DNA of 64,000 bases from Bdellovibrionales bacterium (GCA_007128005.1 SKYF01000104.1:1232-65231); one strand, 5' to 3'. Positions 1 to 10,683 are shown, counted from the first letter of the stretch. Notes: generated by a model from the letters alone, not told the origin. Translations and numbers: made by a program.

Positions 1-1
1 C

Positions 2-505
2 AATGAAAGAGCTGTTGCTCTAAGGCCAGATATTCAGCAGCTGACTCAGCGAGGGCCTGCTTCTTCCTCCCTGCTGCGCCACACCCAAAAACTCAAAGGC
101 CCGCTGCGGGTTCAGATTCTAACAGACCTGAGTCAACCCGCAGAAGTGGGAGATGTCTTTGAGTTGAAAGCCGAGGTGACAAGTTATCAGAACCTTGACC
201 AGGCCAAGCTGACTTGGCAGATTCCACCAGGACTTGAAGTTGTGACTGGCTTTAAAACCACCCAGTTATCGAACCTGAAGGCACACCACCCTCAAGAGGT
301 CTCCATCTTCCTGCGCAAACTGAAGGATGACAACCTTCAAATTCACGCCACTCTCACCAGCTCACTCGACTCCGCTGAATTCGCGGATGTGGCCCAGTTC
401 AACACTCAGCACTTTCAAGAACTCAAAGATTTAGAAGTGACAATCCAACAAAAAACTGCCGAGCATTTGAAAAGTCAGGGTTTGCGACAACGGCTATTTC
501 AATAA
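2..505 (+). CDS. hypothetical protein, C-terminal part (gene begins upstream of window)
   Basis: The reading frame is open from window position 2 to the stop at 503-505, so the 119-aa track ORF is only the tail of a larger gene. No family recognised. Confidence 0.5.
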   Translation, partial: NERAVALRPDIQQLTQRGPASSSLLRHTQKLKGPLRVQILTDLSQPAEVGDVFELKAEVTSYQNLDQAKLTWQIPPGLEVVTGFKTTQLSNLKAHHPQEVSIFLRKLKDDNLQIHATLTSSLDSAEFADVAQFNTQHFQELKDLEVTIQQKTAEHLKSQGLRQRLFQ

Positions 506-511
506 TAGCAC

Positions 512-1111
512 CTATACGGGAACTACGCGGATATCGGGATTTCCGGTTTCATTTTGCAAGATGCTCTGAATGGCATCCAGGGTGCCCATCATCGAACTGG
601 GACATCCCCCGCAGGCACCTTGGTAGAGAATCTTTAAAATATTATCTTTAAACTCCAAAACCTCAACATCTCCACCATCTGATTGAAGACCTGGCCGAAT
701 GGTTCGGTCCAGGATTTCCTCGATCTGTTGAACCTCAGCCGAAAGATGGGACCGGTCGCGGACACTCTTCCCGTGACCACCATTGGTGTTCGCAAGTTCA
801 AAATCAGGGGTGTGAATAGCAAGTCTGGTTCTTAAAATGGATGTCACTTGATCTTTCAACTCTTCGTCATCCATCTGCCCTGTATGGGTCACTGTCAATG
901 TGTTTTGAAACAAATGAACTTGTTTGACCCCCAAAAGTGAAAACAGGGTCTGCACTAAAGGTAGACTTTCTGCTTCGACGGGAGAGTTAAAAGTTGCTTT
1001 GCCTTCTGACTTGAGCGCATGGTTGACCACAAACTTCAATGCAAATGGATTTGGAGTCATCTGAGCTCTAACTTGTACATCTTCTGGTGAACTGACAGCT
1101 GGGTGGGTCAT
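512..1111 (-). CDS. Nfu/NifU-type Fe-S cluster scaffold/carrier protein
   Basis: N-terminal Nfu_N-like segment (MTPNPFALKFVVN) and C-terminal NifU-type CxxC (QGACGGCPSS). Last gene of the suf operon, with a 4-nt overlap with sufS. Confidence 0.85.
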   Translation of the reverse strand: MTHPAVSSPEDVQVRAQMTPNPFALKFVVNHALKSEGKATFNSPVEAESLPLVQTLFSLLGVKQVHLFQNTLTVTHTGQMDDEELKDQVTSILRTRLAIHTPDFELANTNGGHGKSVRDRSHLSAEVQQIEEILDRTIRPGLQSDGGDVEVLEFKDNILKILYQGACGGCPSSMMGTLDAIQSILQNETGNPDIRVVPV

Positions 1112-2331
1112 AAAAGTAGCTCCTTGGCTTTTTTAACTGCTTCGAGAAACTGCAGAACATCTTGCTCATCATTGTAAATTGAAAAAGAAGCTCGGACCGT
1201 TCCCGGAATAACATAAAAGTCCATTAAAGGTTGATTGCAGTGATGTCCGGCCCGAACCGCAACGCCCTGCTGATCCAAGACTGCACCCACATCGGAGGGA
1301 TGCGCCCCGTCCAACAAAAAGGAGACAATACCCGCTTTATTCGCGTGATCCGCAAAAATCCTGACTCCGCCCAACTCTTTCAAACCTTCAGTGGCCTGAT
1401 TTAAAAGCCTTGTTTCATGTTGCTGAACCTGTTGCAAAGACAGACTTGAGAAAAATTGAATGGCTGCGGCTAGGCCAATGGCCCCAGCAATATGAGGGGT
1501 GCCGGCCTCAAAACGTTGAGGCGAAGGCAAGTAGTCACTCTTTTCAAAAGTGACTTTGGAAATCATGGACCCACCGCTCTGGTATGGCTTCATACTATTG
1601 AGCATCTCCAGTCTTCCGTAAAGAACACCAATCCCATAGGGACCGAACAGTTTGTGACCTGAAAAAACCAAGAAGTCACAATTCAAATCCTGAACATTCA
1701 GCGGCAAAAAAGACACAGATTGGGCGGCATCCAAAAGAGTGACGGCTCCGGCCTCACGAGCCTCCTGGATCATCTGTTGAGCTGGCAAAATCGATCCCAG
1801 TCCGTTCGAGATATGAGTGAAACTGACAATCTTAGTCCTCTCGTTCAAAAGAGACTTGTAGTGATTGAGGTCTACTTCCCCATTTTCATTGATCCGGACA
1901 ACCCGAATAGTGGCCCCTGTTTTTTCAGCTAGAATCTGCCAAGGCACTATATTGGAATGATGCTCTAACTGAGTCAGTAGTATCTCATCACCAGGCTTCA
2001 ACCAATCTCCCCCAAAGGCCTGGGCCACTAAATTGACACCCTCCGTAGTTCCCCTGGTAAAAACAATCTCGGCCTCATCCCTTGCCCCTAAAAATTGGGC
2101 CACACTCTTGCGCGCCTGTTCAAAAGACCCTGTAGCCTCATCGCTCCACCAGTGGGCTCCTCGGTGGACATTGGCACACTCAAATGAGTAAAATTTCTCA
2201 AGTCTTTTTATTACAGCCCAAGGCTTCAAGGTCGTCGCTGCACTGTCCAAATACACGGGCCTCTGACCATGGACAACTTGTTGGAGCTGGGGAAACTGAG
2301 CCCTCACATTATCCGGTGACTCCATCATCAT
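1108..2331 (-). CDS. sufS: cysteine desulfurase SufS (class V aminotransferase)
   Basis: 407 aa with a PLP-lysine motif context (FSGHKLFGPYGIGVLYG) and C-terminal RAGHHCNQPL with the catalytic Cys. Sits in suf operon context. Confidence 0.9.
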   Translation of the reverse strand: MMMESPDNVRAQFPQLQQVVHGQRPVYLDSAATTLKPWAVIKRLEKFYSFECANVHRGAHWWSDEATGSFEQARKSVAQFLGARDEAEIVFTRGTTEGVNLVAQAFGGDWLKPGDEILLTQLEHHSNIVPWQILAEKTGATIRVVRINENGEVDLNHYKSLLNERTKIVSFTHISNGLGSILPAQQMIQEAREAGAVTLLDAAQSVSFLPLNVQDLNCDFLVFSGHKLFGPYGIGVLYGRLEMLNSMKPYQSGGSMISKVTFEKSDYLPSPQRFEAGTPHIAGAIGLAAAIQFFSSLSLQQVQQHETRLLNQATEGLKELGGVRIFADHANKAGIVSFLLDGAHPSDVGAVLDQQGVAVRAGHHCNQPLMDFYVIPGTVRASFSIYNDEQDVLQFLEAVKKAKELLL

Positions 2332-3380
2332 AAAAGATCCCTATTCAGCTGAGAATAAACCCACTGCCTCAGGCCCACATCACTCATTCGTTCCACCAGC
2401 TCTTTGGTAAATCCATCAATCAATAGGTGCCGTGCAGTGCCGGGTTCAATCCCACGACTGGTCAAGTAGAAGAGCTGTTCGGCACTGAGTTGGCCCGTTG
2501 CCGAGCCGTGATTGGCTTTTACATTGTCAGCATGAACTTCCAGTTCTGGCTTGCTGTGCACTCGAGCGTTACGTGACAGTAAGAGGTTCTTATTCATCTG
2601 GAAGGACTCTACCATCTGGGCATCTAGGGCTATATAGATTTTGCCATTAAAGCTCGCTTGTGATTGGCCCCCTAGGACTCCTTTAGATACTTGGCCACTG
2701 CGAGTCTGCGGGGAGTGATGACGGACAAGGCTGTATTGATCAAAAGTCTGATCATTTTCACCCACACACAAACTATTTAACTGCGCTTCAGAGTTCTCCC
2801 CATTGAGATCTACTGAACTTTCAACTTGGCTTCCTCCTAACCCCTTGCTGAGGACAAATTCTTCCAAATAGCCATCTCGAGCAACTTCCCCCTGAGACTG
2901 AACGAGCTGCTTCACCCCAGTGGGTGGTTCTAGGATCTGAACAACTTGAAGTCTTGCTCCCTGATCAACCTGGGTTTCAAAAGAATAATGCGAGGGTTTC
3001 AGAGAATTTTTTGACCTCTGTCCTGAATCACTAGGCTCCCCGGCAAAGTATTGTACCAAGCTGAATTCACTCCCCGCCCCCACCCTTATATGAATTTTTT
3101 TAGATTTTGATTCTAGTTGCGCTTCGGACTCTGATTGACTCCAATAAAAGGCCCACAAGGGAGAGGCAATCTTTGCTCCCTTGGGAATGTCCACCGAAAA
3201 CGCGCCTTCTACTTCCACCTTGAGATTTTCCTCAATCTCTCTGAGATCAGAAAGCTCTCTATCCAACCTGCCATTGACAGAAACAAGGACAGGACCTGTC
3301 AAGCCGACTTCCTTTATTCTGTCCCTAAAGGATTGTAGCTGTTGGTTCAATTTGACTAAAGACCCTGTCAACTCCCTCAT
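2328..3380 (-). CDS. sufD: Fe-S cluster assembly protein SufD
   Basis: SufB/SufD-family C-terminus (ATGQLSAEQLFYLTSRGI). Lies between sufC and sufS. The start is placed at the ATG at 3380, which abuts the sufC stop. The track ORF extends to 3422 and a GTG at 3383 is also possible. Confidence 0.85.
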   Translation of the reverse strand: MRELTGSLVKLNQQLQSFRDRIKEVGLTGPVLVSVNGRLDRELSDLREIEENLKVEVEGAFSVDIPKGAKIASPLWAFYWSQSESEAQLESKSKKIHIRVGAGSEFSLVQYFAGEPSDSGQRSKNSLKPSHYSFETQVDQGARLQVVQILEPPTGVKQLVQSQGEVARDGYLEEFVLSKGLGGSQVESSVDLNGENSEAQLNSLCVGENDQTFDQYSLVRHHSPQTRSGQVSKGVLGGQSQASFNGKIYIALDAQMVESFQMNKNLLLSRNARVHSKPELEVHADNVKANHGSATGQLSAEQLFYLTSRGIEPGTARHLLIDGFTKELVERMSDVGLRQWVYSQLNRDLL

Positions 3381-4159
3381 CACTGCACCTGCTGATGGGC
3401 TGGGGGATCTGGCTGAAGCCAATCGTAGCCTTGACCCTCGAGTTTGAGAGCCAAACTCTTATCTCCACTGGCCACAATCCTTCCATCAATTAAGACGTGA
3501 ACAAAATCTGGTTGAATATAGTCTAAGAGCCTCTGGTAATGGGTAATCATTAAAAAAGCTCTGTCCGGGCTGCGCAGAGCGTTCACTCCCTCAGCTACAA
3601 TTTTAAGAGAGTCAATGTCCAATCCAGAATCAATTTCATCTAAAAGCGCTAGACGAGGCGACAACACGGCCATTTGCAGGATTTCATTGCGCTTTTTCTC
3701 ACCACCAGAGAAGCCCTCATTCACAGAGCGGTCTAAGAAAGTCGGATCTACTTTTACTGTGTCGGCTTTTTTTTGCAAAAACCCCTTAAACTCCTCCTCA
3801 GACATCTCCGCAACACCCTGATGTCTGCAGACTGAGTTAAAGGCTGTTCTTAAAAATTGAGTGTTACTCACACCAGGGACTTCCACGGGGTACTGAAAGG
3901 CCAAAAACACTCCTTCTCTGGCCCGCTCATCTGGCTCCAAGTCCAACAAATTTTTTTGAGAGAAGTTAATCTCGTAATCAATTTCTCCAGATACGACCTC
4001 ATAAGTGGGATGACCAGCAATGATCTTGGAAAGAGTGCTCTTTCCAGAGCCATTGGGCCCCATAATGGCGTGAACCTCCCCGGCCTTGATCTCAAGGTTG
4101 ATTCCCTTCAGCACTTCCTTGTCACCCACTTGCGCATATAAATTTCGAATGCTCAGCAC
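3380..4159 (-). CDS. sufC: Fe-S cluster assembly ATPase SufC
   Basis: Walker A GPNGSGKST, ABC signature FSGGEKKR and Walker B LALLDEIDSGLD, with typical SufC length. Confidence 0.95.
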   Translation of the reverse strand: MLSIRNLYAQVGDKEVLKGINLEIKAGEVHAIMGPNGSGKSTLSKIIAGHPTYEVVSGEIDYEINFSQKNLLDLEPDERAREGVFLAFQYPVEVPGVSNTQFLRTAFNSVCRHQGVAEMSEEEFKGFLQKKADTVKVDPTFLDRSVNEGFSGGEKKRNEILQMAVLSPRLALLDEIDSGLDIDSLKIVAEGVNALRSPDRAFLMITHYQRLLDYIQPDFVHVLIDGRIVASGDKSLALKLEGQGYDWLQPDPPAHQQVQ

Positions 4160-4176
4160 TGCCCTGACTCCTTATT

Positions 4177-5595
4177 TTATCCGATACTGTTTTCTAATTT
4201 CATTTCAATTAGCTTGACCGCCTCAACCGAGAACTCCAAAGGCAGTTGCTTAAAAACCTCTTTACAGAATCCATTGACTAAAAGAGCTACGGACTCCTCC
4301 ATATTTAACCCTCTTGAACTGAGGTAAAACAGTTGATCCTCACTGATACGAGAGGTCGAGGCCTCATGTTCAACGACCGCTGACTGATTTCTGACATCAA
4401 TATGGGGGAAGGTATTGGCAGATGATTTTGAACCCACCAACATAGAGTCGCACTGAGAGTAGTTTCTAGCTCCTTCCGCCGAGGGCATTACTTTCACCTG
4501 CCCCCTGTAACTATTGATTGAATCATCTGTAGAGATGCCTTTTGAGATAATTGTGCTCTTGGTGTTTTTTCCCACATGAATCATCTTGGTTCCCGTATCG
4601 GCCTGCATTTTGTCATGAGTTAGAGCAACGGAATAAAAAGCTCCGACGGAATTATCTCCTTGCAATATCACACTGGGATATTTCCAGGTGATAGCAGAGC
4701 CAGCTTCTACTTGAGTCCATGAGATTTTCGAGTTTGGGCCAACGCACTTACCGCGCTTAGTAACAAAGTTGTAGATCCCTCCCCGACCCTCTTTGTCTCC
4801 TGTGTACCAATTTTGAACTGTCGAGTACCTGATTTCGGCATCTGTCAAAGCCACCAGTTCTACCACAGCCGCATGAAGCTGGTTGTTGTCACGCATAGGG
4901 GCCGTGCAACCTTCAAGATAGTTCACAAAGCTGCCCTCTTCAGCAACAATCAGGGTGCGCTCAAATTGACCTGTGTCCTGAGCATTGATACGAAAGTAGG
5001 TCGATAGGTCCACCGGGCAGGTCACTCCTTTGGGAATGTAGACAAAGGAGCCATCAGTGAAGACTGCCGCGTTTAAGGCTGCATAGAAGTTGTCCGCATA
5101 GGGCACCACGGTTCCAAAATACCTCTTTACAAGCTCCGGGTGCTCGTGAAGTGCCTCTGAAATTGAACAAAAAACCACCCCATGCTCCTTGAGTAGCTCC
5201 TGATGAGTAGTTCCAATGGAAACACTGTCAAAAACAGCATCCACCGCAACCCCCGAGATCCTCTTTTGCTCACTCAAAGGAATCCCTAGTCGTTCGAATG
5301 TCTTGAGTAGCTCAGGATCCAAATCATCAAGACTTTTTGGTCCCTCTCCAGGTGCCTTTTTTTTGGGTGCTGAATAGTAGCAAATATCCTGGAAGTCGAT
5401 GGGGTCGTACTCGACTGCAGCCCAAGTTGGCTCCTTCATCGTTAACCAATGACGATAGGCCTTGAGACGGTACTCAAGCATCCAATCAGGCTCATTTTTT
5501 TTACGAGAAATTCCGGCGATCACCTCTTCACTCAGCCCCTTGGCTAAGCTCTCGCTTTCTATTTCAGTGATAAAACCGTACTTATATTCTTTCAT
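4177..5595 (-). CDS. sufB: Fe-S cluster assembly protein SufB
   Basis: Strong SufB-like sequence throughout (e.g. [21 protein letters not shown]). The start is placed at the ATG at 5595 (MKEYKYGF), preceded by GGAAAACAAG. The track ORF extends to 5631. Confidence 0.95.
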   Translation of the reverse strand: MKEYKYGFITEIESESLAKGLSEEVIAGISRKKNEPDWMLEYRLKAYRHWLTMKEPTWAAVEYDPIDFQDICYYSAPKKKAPGEGPKSLDDLDPELLKTFERLGIPLSEQKRISGVAVDAVFDSVSIGTTHQELLKEHGVVFCSISEALHEHPELVKRYFGTVVPYADNFYAALNAAVFTDGSFVYIPKGVTCPVDLSTYFRINAQDTGQFERTLIVAEEGSFVNYLEGCTAPMRDNNQLHAAVVELVALTDAEIRYSTVQNWYTGDKEGRGGIYNFVTKRGKCVGPNSKISWTQVEAGSAITWKYPSVILQGDNSVGAFYSVALTHDKMQADTGTKMIHVGKNTKSTIISKGISTDDSINSYRGQVKVMPSAEGARNYSQCDSMLVGSKSSANTFPHIDVRNQSAVVEHEASTSRISEDQLFYLSSRGLNMEESVALLVNGFCKEVFKQLPLEFSVEAVKLIEMKLENSIG

Positions 5596-6055
5596 CTTGT
5601 TTTCCTTCTCGCAATTCATCCACAGACCCAAGAGCAGGGGTTTGAACTTTCAAGAGCTGGCCCACACTGAGTTGGGAGTAGAAGTCCTGTAACTGTTGGT
5701 TGAACTCCCTCATCGGCATTTGTATATTGCAAGAGGCTAACAAACTGCAGTCGACCTCTTCATTGGGTTCGCAGGCACATTTAACCACTTCAATCCGCCC
5801 CTGAATGACTTCCAAAAGATCCTTTAAGGAAACCTGATTCAGGTCCTTCTTAATCTTGTATCCTCCGTAGGCCCCTTGCTCCGACTTTAAAAGTCCCGCC
5901 TGAGCCATCAACTGCATAACCCGAGCCGTGGCATCAAAAGGTGCCCCCGTGAGATCTACAATCTCTTTAGCCGAAGTCACGCGGCCACTGGGCCTCTCGG
6001 CCATGTGCTTTAGAGCCATCAGTGCATATTCCATTTTCCGGCTGATTTTATTCAC
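5582..6055 (-). CDS. Rrf2-family transcriptional regulator (IscR/SufR-like)
   Basis: N-terminal Rrf2 wHTH ([19 protein letters not shown]) and a Cys cluster ([17 protein letters not shown]) suited to Fe-S ligation. First gene upstream of sufB, which its stop overlaps. Confidence 0.85.
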   Translation of the reverse strand: MNKISRKMEYALMALKHMAERPSGRVTSAKEIVDLTGAPFDATARVMQLMAQAGLLKSEQGAYGGYKIKKDLNQVSLKDLLEVIQGRIEVVKCACEPNEEVDCSLLASCNIQMPMREFNQQLQDFYSQLSVGQLLKVQTPALGSVDELREGKQDERI

Positions 6056-6300
6056 TTATCTCTCTTAACTTAATTCTATAAGTATTTGTTTTTATTCAAT
6101 AATACTCAGACTAATTCGTGATACAACAAGCTCTTGACGCGACGGAAAAAATCAGTCACGTTGCCGCCAACTGGATGAAACCTAAATGAGATCCAGTGGG
6201 AAAGCAACTTAAATAGGTCAAAAAAAGACGTATTTAAATTCTTTCACAAAACCTGCCCGGCCTAGACAGCCAGACTCTCGTTCTTTAGAGGTAGACTATT

Positions 6301-7242
6301 ATGAAAGAAGCACTATTTAGACTTGGAATTATCAGCCTTGTGTCCATTTCAGGGGCTGCCATTCTGTTAGTGGCCTTGAGAACACTTGGCTTCACACAAA
6401 TTTATAGCCCCGTACGGCACCCTTTGGCTGAAAGAGACTTTATTTTAATTGCCAAAGGAGGGGCTCTTGGATCGGCTCCCTCTCATACCGCACTTGCTTT
6501 TGATCAGGCTTTGGAAATTTACCCGAATTCTGTGCTTGAGGCCACCATTCAGAGAACGGCTGATGGTGAGTGGGTTCTGTTTGAACACCAGAAATTAGAG
6601 CTTCAAACAGACGGTGCAGGACGAGTGGGTAACCACACCCTGGCGGAGCTCAAAAATCTAAATGCAGGGCATTATTACCAAGACCCCAATAGTGGCCAAT
6701 TCCAACACAGAGACCTCGGCCTGCAATTGATGACTTTAGATGAGTTTTTAGACCGCTATCCTGAACAGGAATTCGTGCTGAATGTAGAAATGCGCTATCC
6801 CTTTATGGTTTCAGAGCTCATAGGTAAACTCTCCGACAGATCTTTGGATGGACGAGTGATCATACGCAGCCCTTACTCTCATGTTTTGCGGGAAATCAAG
6901 AAGCACTACCCTCGCTGGCTTTACAAAACAGACCCCGCAACCCTGTTTCGCGCCTCTATCATGGGTTCGCTATATATCGAATCGGTTTCAAACATTTGGA
7001 CAGACATCGTTCTCACCACCTTAGGAGAAGGAGAGGGTGATATCAGCAACCGAATGCTCTCAGAGATTAAACGCCGCAAAAAAATTCTGATTCTCGACGA
7101 AGACAAGAACTTCTCTGCACTTTCTGATTCACTCTCTGACCATATTCAAGGCGTGGCGACAAGCCGACCAGATCTAGCCCTTGAGTACTTTGCTGACCGC
7201 CTAGAGGATACAGGGGGGCCCCTGTCAAAAGAAGTGGACTGA
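6301..7242 (+). CDS. membrane-anchored glycerophosphodiester phosphodiesterase (GDPD)-like protein, catalytic motif degenerate
   Basis: N-terminal TM helix. The region LIAKGGALGSAPSHTALAFDQALE aligns by eye with the GDPD motif (V)AHRG..APENT, but with substitutions H->K, R->G, E->S and N->H. Confidence 0.55.
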   Translation: MKEALFRLGIISLVSISGAAILLVALRTLGFTQIYSPVRHPLAERDFILIAKGGALGSAPSHTALAFDQALEIYPNSVLEATIQRTADGEWVLFEHQKLELQTDGAGRVGNHTLAELKNLNAGHYYQDPNSGQFQHRDLGLQLMTLDEFLDRYPEQEFVLNVEMRYPFMVSELIGKLSDRSLDGRVIIRSPYSHVLREIKKHYPRWLYKTDPATLFRASIMGSLYIESVSNIWTDIVLTTLGEGEGDISNRMLSEIKRRKKILILDEDKNFSALSDSLSDHIQGVATSRPDLALEYFADRLEDTGGPLSKEVD

Positions 7243-7269
7243 TACACAAAGCAGTATTAGGCTTTTAAC

Positions 7270-8010
7270 ATGATAAATCTTCTTTGGGCCGCAACTACAG
7301 AGTCAACCACCCTAACCGTAGACACAAGTGCCTGGACGGCGATCACATCAGCAAATATTGTTGTGCAACTGACCCTCCTTCTGCTTGTAGTTATGTCTGT
7401 CCTGTCTTGGGCAATTATGTTTGCCAAGCGAAAGGAATTCCAAAAAAGCGAGGAGGCCAACTCGCCATTTATGGAGGCCTTTTGGAAAGCTGAGTCCCTC
7501 GACGACATATTTGATGAACTCAACAAGCATCCTGAGTCGAGCTTTGCCCGGGTTTTTCGCTCTGGTTACCTTGAGCTCAGAAAGATCGCTGACTCAAAAC
7601 TTGCGAAAAATGGAGAACAGGGAAGTGCGCCCCTCCTCTCCGGTATAGATAATTTGGAAAGGTCCTTGCGCAAAGCCATCGACAGCGAGTTGGGAAGTTT
7701 GGAAGGACGGCTGAGCTTTCTGGCGACTACAGGCAGTACAAGCCCCTTTATTGGGCTGTTTGGAACCGTCTGGGGGATTATGGGCTCCTTTCAGGCCATT
7801 GGAGCCACAGGAATGGCCAGTCTAGCAGTGGTGGCTCCAGGTATTGCCGAGGCCTTGATTGCCACTGGAGTTGGACTATTTGCAGCTATTCCAGCCACTG
7901 TTGGCTACAACCACTTTGTGGCCCATGTGCGCAAACAGGAGATTGAGCTCAACAGCTTTGCTTCTGACTTTTTGAATATCGCCAAGCGCAACTTTTTTGG
8001 AGACAACTAG
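7270..8010 (+). CDS. tolQ: TolQ (MotA/TolQ/ExbB proton channel)
   Basis: Three TM segments and the conserved C-terminal channel region (GLFGTVWGIM..APGIAEALIATGVGLFAAIPA). Followed by tolR, tolA and tolB. Confidence 0.9.
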   Translation: MINLLWAATTESTTLTVDTSAWTAITSANIVVQLTLLLLVVMSVLSWAIMFAKRKEFQKSEEANSPFMEAFWKAESLDDIFDELNKHPESSFARVFRSGYLELRKIADSKLAKNGEQGSAPLLSGIDNLERSLRKAIDSELGSLEGRLSFLATTGSTSPFIGLFGTVWGIMGSFQAIGATGMASLAVVAPGIAEALIATGVGLFAAIPATVGYNHFVAHVRKQEIELNSFASDFLNIAKRNFFGDN

Positions 8011-8014
8011 TTTC

Positions 8015-8434
8015 ATGGGTATGTCGGTGGGAGGTGGTGGAAGTCGTAGGGTTCTGAGTGAAATCAACGTCACTCCCTTTGTCGATGTGATGCTTGTCTT
8101 GTTAATCATTTTTATGGTCACAGCTCCCATGCTTCAACAAGGCCTTGAGGTTGATTTGCCCGAAACTGCAAGTTCTGGGGTAGAAACCACGGATGACCCT
8201 TTTCTTCTGGTCATTACCAAGGATAGAAAAATTCAGGCCGGCGACGCCACTATCGATATCAATGAGCTGCAAACCCGACTTGCAGCAATCTTTGCCACTC
8301 GACGCAACAAGCAAATTTATATACAGGCTGATCGCAACGTCGACTATGGTTTTGTGGCCGAGACCATGGGCGAAGTGCGAGCGGCAGGCATCTTTCAAAT
8401 CGGTCTTATCACTCTTCCCAAAGCGCGTCCGTGA
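8015..8434 (+). CDS. tolR: TolR (ExbD/TolR family)
   Basis: The motif EINVTPFVDVMLVLLIIFMV is the ExbD/TolR TM signature. ATG at 8015 chosen, with GGAG 11 nt upstream. The track ORF starts at a TTG at 7997. Confidence 0.9.
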   Translation: MGMSVGGGGSRRVLSEINVTPFVDVMLVLLIIFMVTAPMLQQGLEVDLPETASSGVETTDDPFLLVITKDRKIQAGDATIDINELQTRLAAIFATRRNKQIYIQADRNVDYGFVAETMGEVRAAGIFQIGLITLPKARP

Positions 8435-9249
8435 AAGAGCTTTTAAAGAATAAAAAATCTAAATCAGACCCCCTCGCAAAATATATTGGTCTATCTCTAG
8501 TGGTACACATCGGCCTTTTCCTGGTATTTACAGTTCAAGCTATTTTTTTCCCCTCTGAACCCATCCAGGTTAGACATGCCATTAGAGTGGACGTAGTAGA
8601 CCTCCCAGATAGACTCCGCCCGGCTCCTCCACCCCCTCAGCCAAAGGCGGAGCCTGCTCCAGCCCCCCGCCCAACACCGCCGCCAACTCAACCCAAAGCA
8701 CCTCCTCCTCCAGAGCCTAAACCTAAGCCTCAGCCAAAACCCCAGCCTAAAGCTGTGGCAAAAAAAACTGAGCCTAAAAAAACCGAAACTAGGACTCAGC
8801 AGCAGACCCTAACTGCTCAGCAACGCGCTATGGAGAGACTGAAAGCACAACAGGCCATCGATCAAATTCGGGAGCAAATTGAAAGTGATCTCGCACCCCG
8901 CACTCGAGAACCTGAATACAAAGGCAATATTATCACCGAAGGTGATAGCTTGACTGGCTTAGAGCGCATTCAATACGATCGCTACATTGCTGAGGTCAGG
9001 GATCATCTGCATTCCCACTGGAATCTTCCCCAATGGCTTGCCGAAGCCAACCTCAGAGCCCAGGCCTTAGTCCGGCTAGACAACTCAGGATTTGTCACCG
9101 CAAAGCAGATTTTGCGGTCCTCAGGAAATGACATCTTTGACGCGCAGGTGTTAGGGGCCATAGAAAGAGCTTCTCCCTTTCCCCAACCTCCCTCTCGGCT
9201 GAGAAATGTGTTATCTTATGGGGGAATTGTATTTCAGTTTCCTGAATAG
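8431..9249 (+). CDS. tolA: TolA/TonB-like energy transducer (Pro-rich linker, TonB_C-like C-terminus)
   Basis: N-terminal TM, a long PxP/KP repeat region, and a C-terminal domain ending GGIVFQFPE. The GTG start overlaps the tolR stop (GTGA). Confidence 0.8.
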   Translation: MKELLKNKKSKSDPLAKYIGLSLVVHIGLFLVFTVQAIFFPSEPIQVRHAIRVDVVDLPDRLRPAPPPPQPKAEPAPAPRPTPPPTQPKAPPPPEPKPKPQPKPQPKAVAKKTEPKKTETRTQQQTLTAQQRAMERLKAQQAIDQIREQIESDLAPRTREPEYKGNIITEGDSLTGLERIQYDRYIAEVRDHLHSHWNLPQWLAEANLRAQALVRLDNSGFVTAKQILRSSGNDIFDAQVLGAIERASPFPQPPSRLRNVLSYGGIVFQFPE

Positions 9250-9264
9250 AAGGAGGGCAAGCTA

Positions 9265-10683
9265 ATGAAATTACTTAAGCTGAAATCTTACACAGTGGCC
9301 CTCATATCTCTTTTGATTGGCCTGGGTTTTATAAGCCCCTCTGTCTCCTTTGGGCAGGATAGTGGGCGAATTTATATCGATGTGGGAAGGGCACAGATTA
9401 AAAAAAGCCTTATGGCTTTGCCTCCTCTGCAGTTTTCTGGCAGCGACCCCGCCAACCAAGAAAACATTCGAATTGGGCAAGAGCTCTTTTCTGTGATTTC
9501 AAATGACCTCACGGTTTCAAACCTTTTTACCTTTATCAACCCCCAAGCCTTTTTAGAGGACCCTGCTAAAGTCGGCCTGCGCCCCCGCCCCGGAGATCCC
9601 CAGGGTTTTAATTTTCAAAACTGGCAAACTATTGGCACTGAGTTCTTGGTACGTGCTGGCTACAGAGTGACCAGAAACGACATATCACTTGAGGCCTATG
9701 TCTACTTTGTCCCTCAGGGAAGACTTGTTTTTGGCAAGACATACACTGGGCCTAAGACAGCCTTACGCCGGATTGCCCACTCTTTCACTGACGATGTTCT
9801 CCAAAACCTAACGGGACGCCGAGGTATGTTCAACACTCGGCTCGTGGTCTCCTCAGATCGTGGTGCCGGACGGGGCCAAAAGGAAATATGGGTGATGGAT
9901 TGGGACGGTGCCAATGCAGAGAAGATCACCGATCATAAGTCCATTGCCATATCTCCGGCCTGGGCACCAGATGGAAAACGAGTTGCCTACACAGCCTTTG
10001 CCTTTCACACTCAGGCAAGGGTGCGAAATGCCAACCTGTTTATTCGCGAACTGGACACTGGACGGCGCTTCCTTGTCTCTTATCGCCAAGGCATCAACTC
10101 GGGTGCCGCCTTTTTCCCCAATGGACAACACTTATTGTTAACCATCTCCCAAGGGGGACGACCAGACATTTTCCGCATCACCCCAGACGGAAAATCTATT
10201 ATGCCTATGACCCGTGGCCCTGCCGGGGCCATGAATGTAGAGCCTGCTGTTTCTCCCGACGAAAAACAGATTGCTTTTTCCTCTGATCGCAGTGGCCGAC
10301 CTATGATTTACATTATGAACGCCGATGGGTCGAACACTCGCAGAATCACTCATGCGGGCCGCTACAACTCCAGCCCCTCCTGGTCCCCTGATGGAAAGCA
10401 GCTGGCCTTTGCAGCCCTGGACAAGGGCAGCTTTGACATTTTTGTCATCAATACAGACGGAACCGGATTGAAGCGGCTGACGGATGCAAAAAGGCAAAAT
10501 GGCACCTCAGCCCATAATGAAAATCCGAGTTTTTCCCCCTGTGGGAGACATATTGTTTTTGCAAGTGACCGAGATGGGCCAAGGCAACTGTACATTGTCA
10601 GCCCTGACGGGAGCAATGAACGCCGGCTCACTTATGACAATCACAATTATTTTCAACCCAAATGGTCACCTTTTCTCAACTAG
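9265..10683 (+). CDS. tolB: TolB periplasmic beta-propeller protein
   Basis: Signal peptide and repeated WSPDG/FSPCG propeller blades (ISPAWAPDGKRVAY, PSWSPDGKQLAF, PSFSPCGRHIVF). Confidence 0.9.
   Translation: MKLLKLKSYTVALISLLIGLGFISPSVSFGQDSGRIYIDVGRAQIKKSLMALPPLQFSGSDPANQENIRIGQELFSVISNDLTVSNLFTFINPQAFLEDPAKVGLRPRPGDPQGFNFQNWQTIGTEFLVRAGYRVTRNDISLEAYVYFVPQGRLVFGKTYTGPKTALRRIAHSFTDDVLQNLTGRRGMFNTRLVVSSDRGAGRGQKEIWVMDWDGANAEKITDHKSIAISPAWAPDGKRVAYTAFAFHTQARVRNANLFIRELDTGRRFLVSYRQGINSGAAFFPNGQHLLLTISQGGRPDIFRITPDGKSIMPMTRGPAGAMNVEPAVSPDEKQIAFSSDRSGRPMIYIMNADGSNTRRITHAGRYNSSPSWSPDGKQLAFAALDKGSFDIFVINTDGTGLKRLTDAKRQNGTSAHNENPSFSPCGRHIVFASDRDGPRQLYIVSPDGSNERRLTYDNHNYFQPKWSPFLN

Noticed and set aside
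6056-6300. Possible IscR/Rrf2 operator in the AT-rich divergent region upstream of the suf operon
   Set aside because: I could not match either IscR type-1 or type-2 consensus by eye. Only a 7-bp hairpin (ACTGGAT..ATCCAGT) is present, so the evidence is insufficient.
7270-10683. tolQRAB cluster is not followed by pal/cpoB (glnE follows instead)
   Set aside because: Absence from this window does not show absence from the genome. Split Tol-Pal clusters are known, so this is not treated as a finding.
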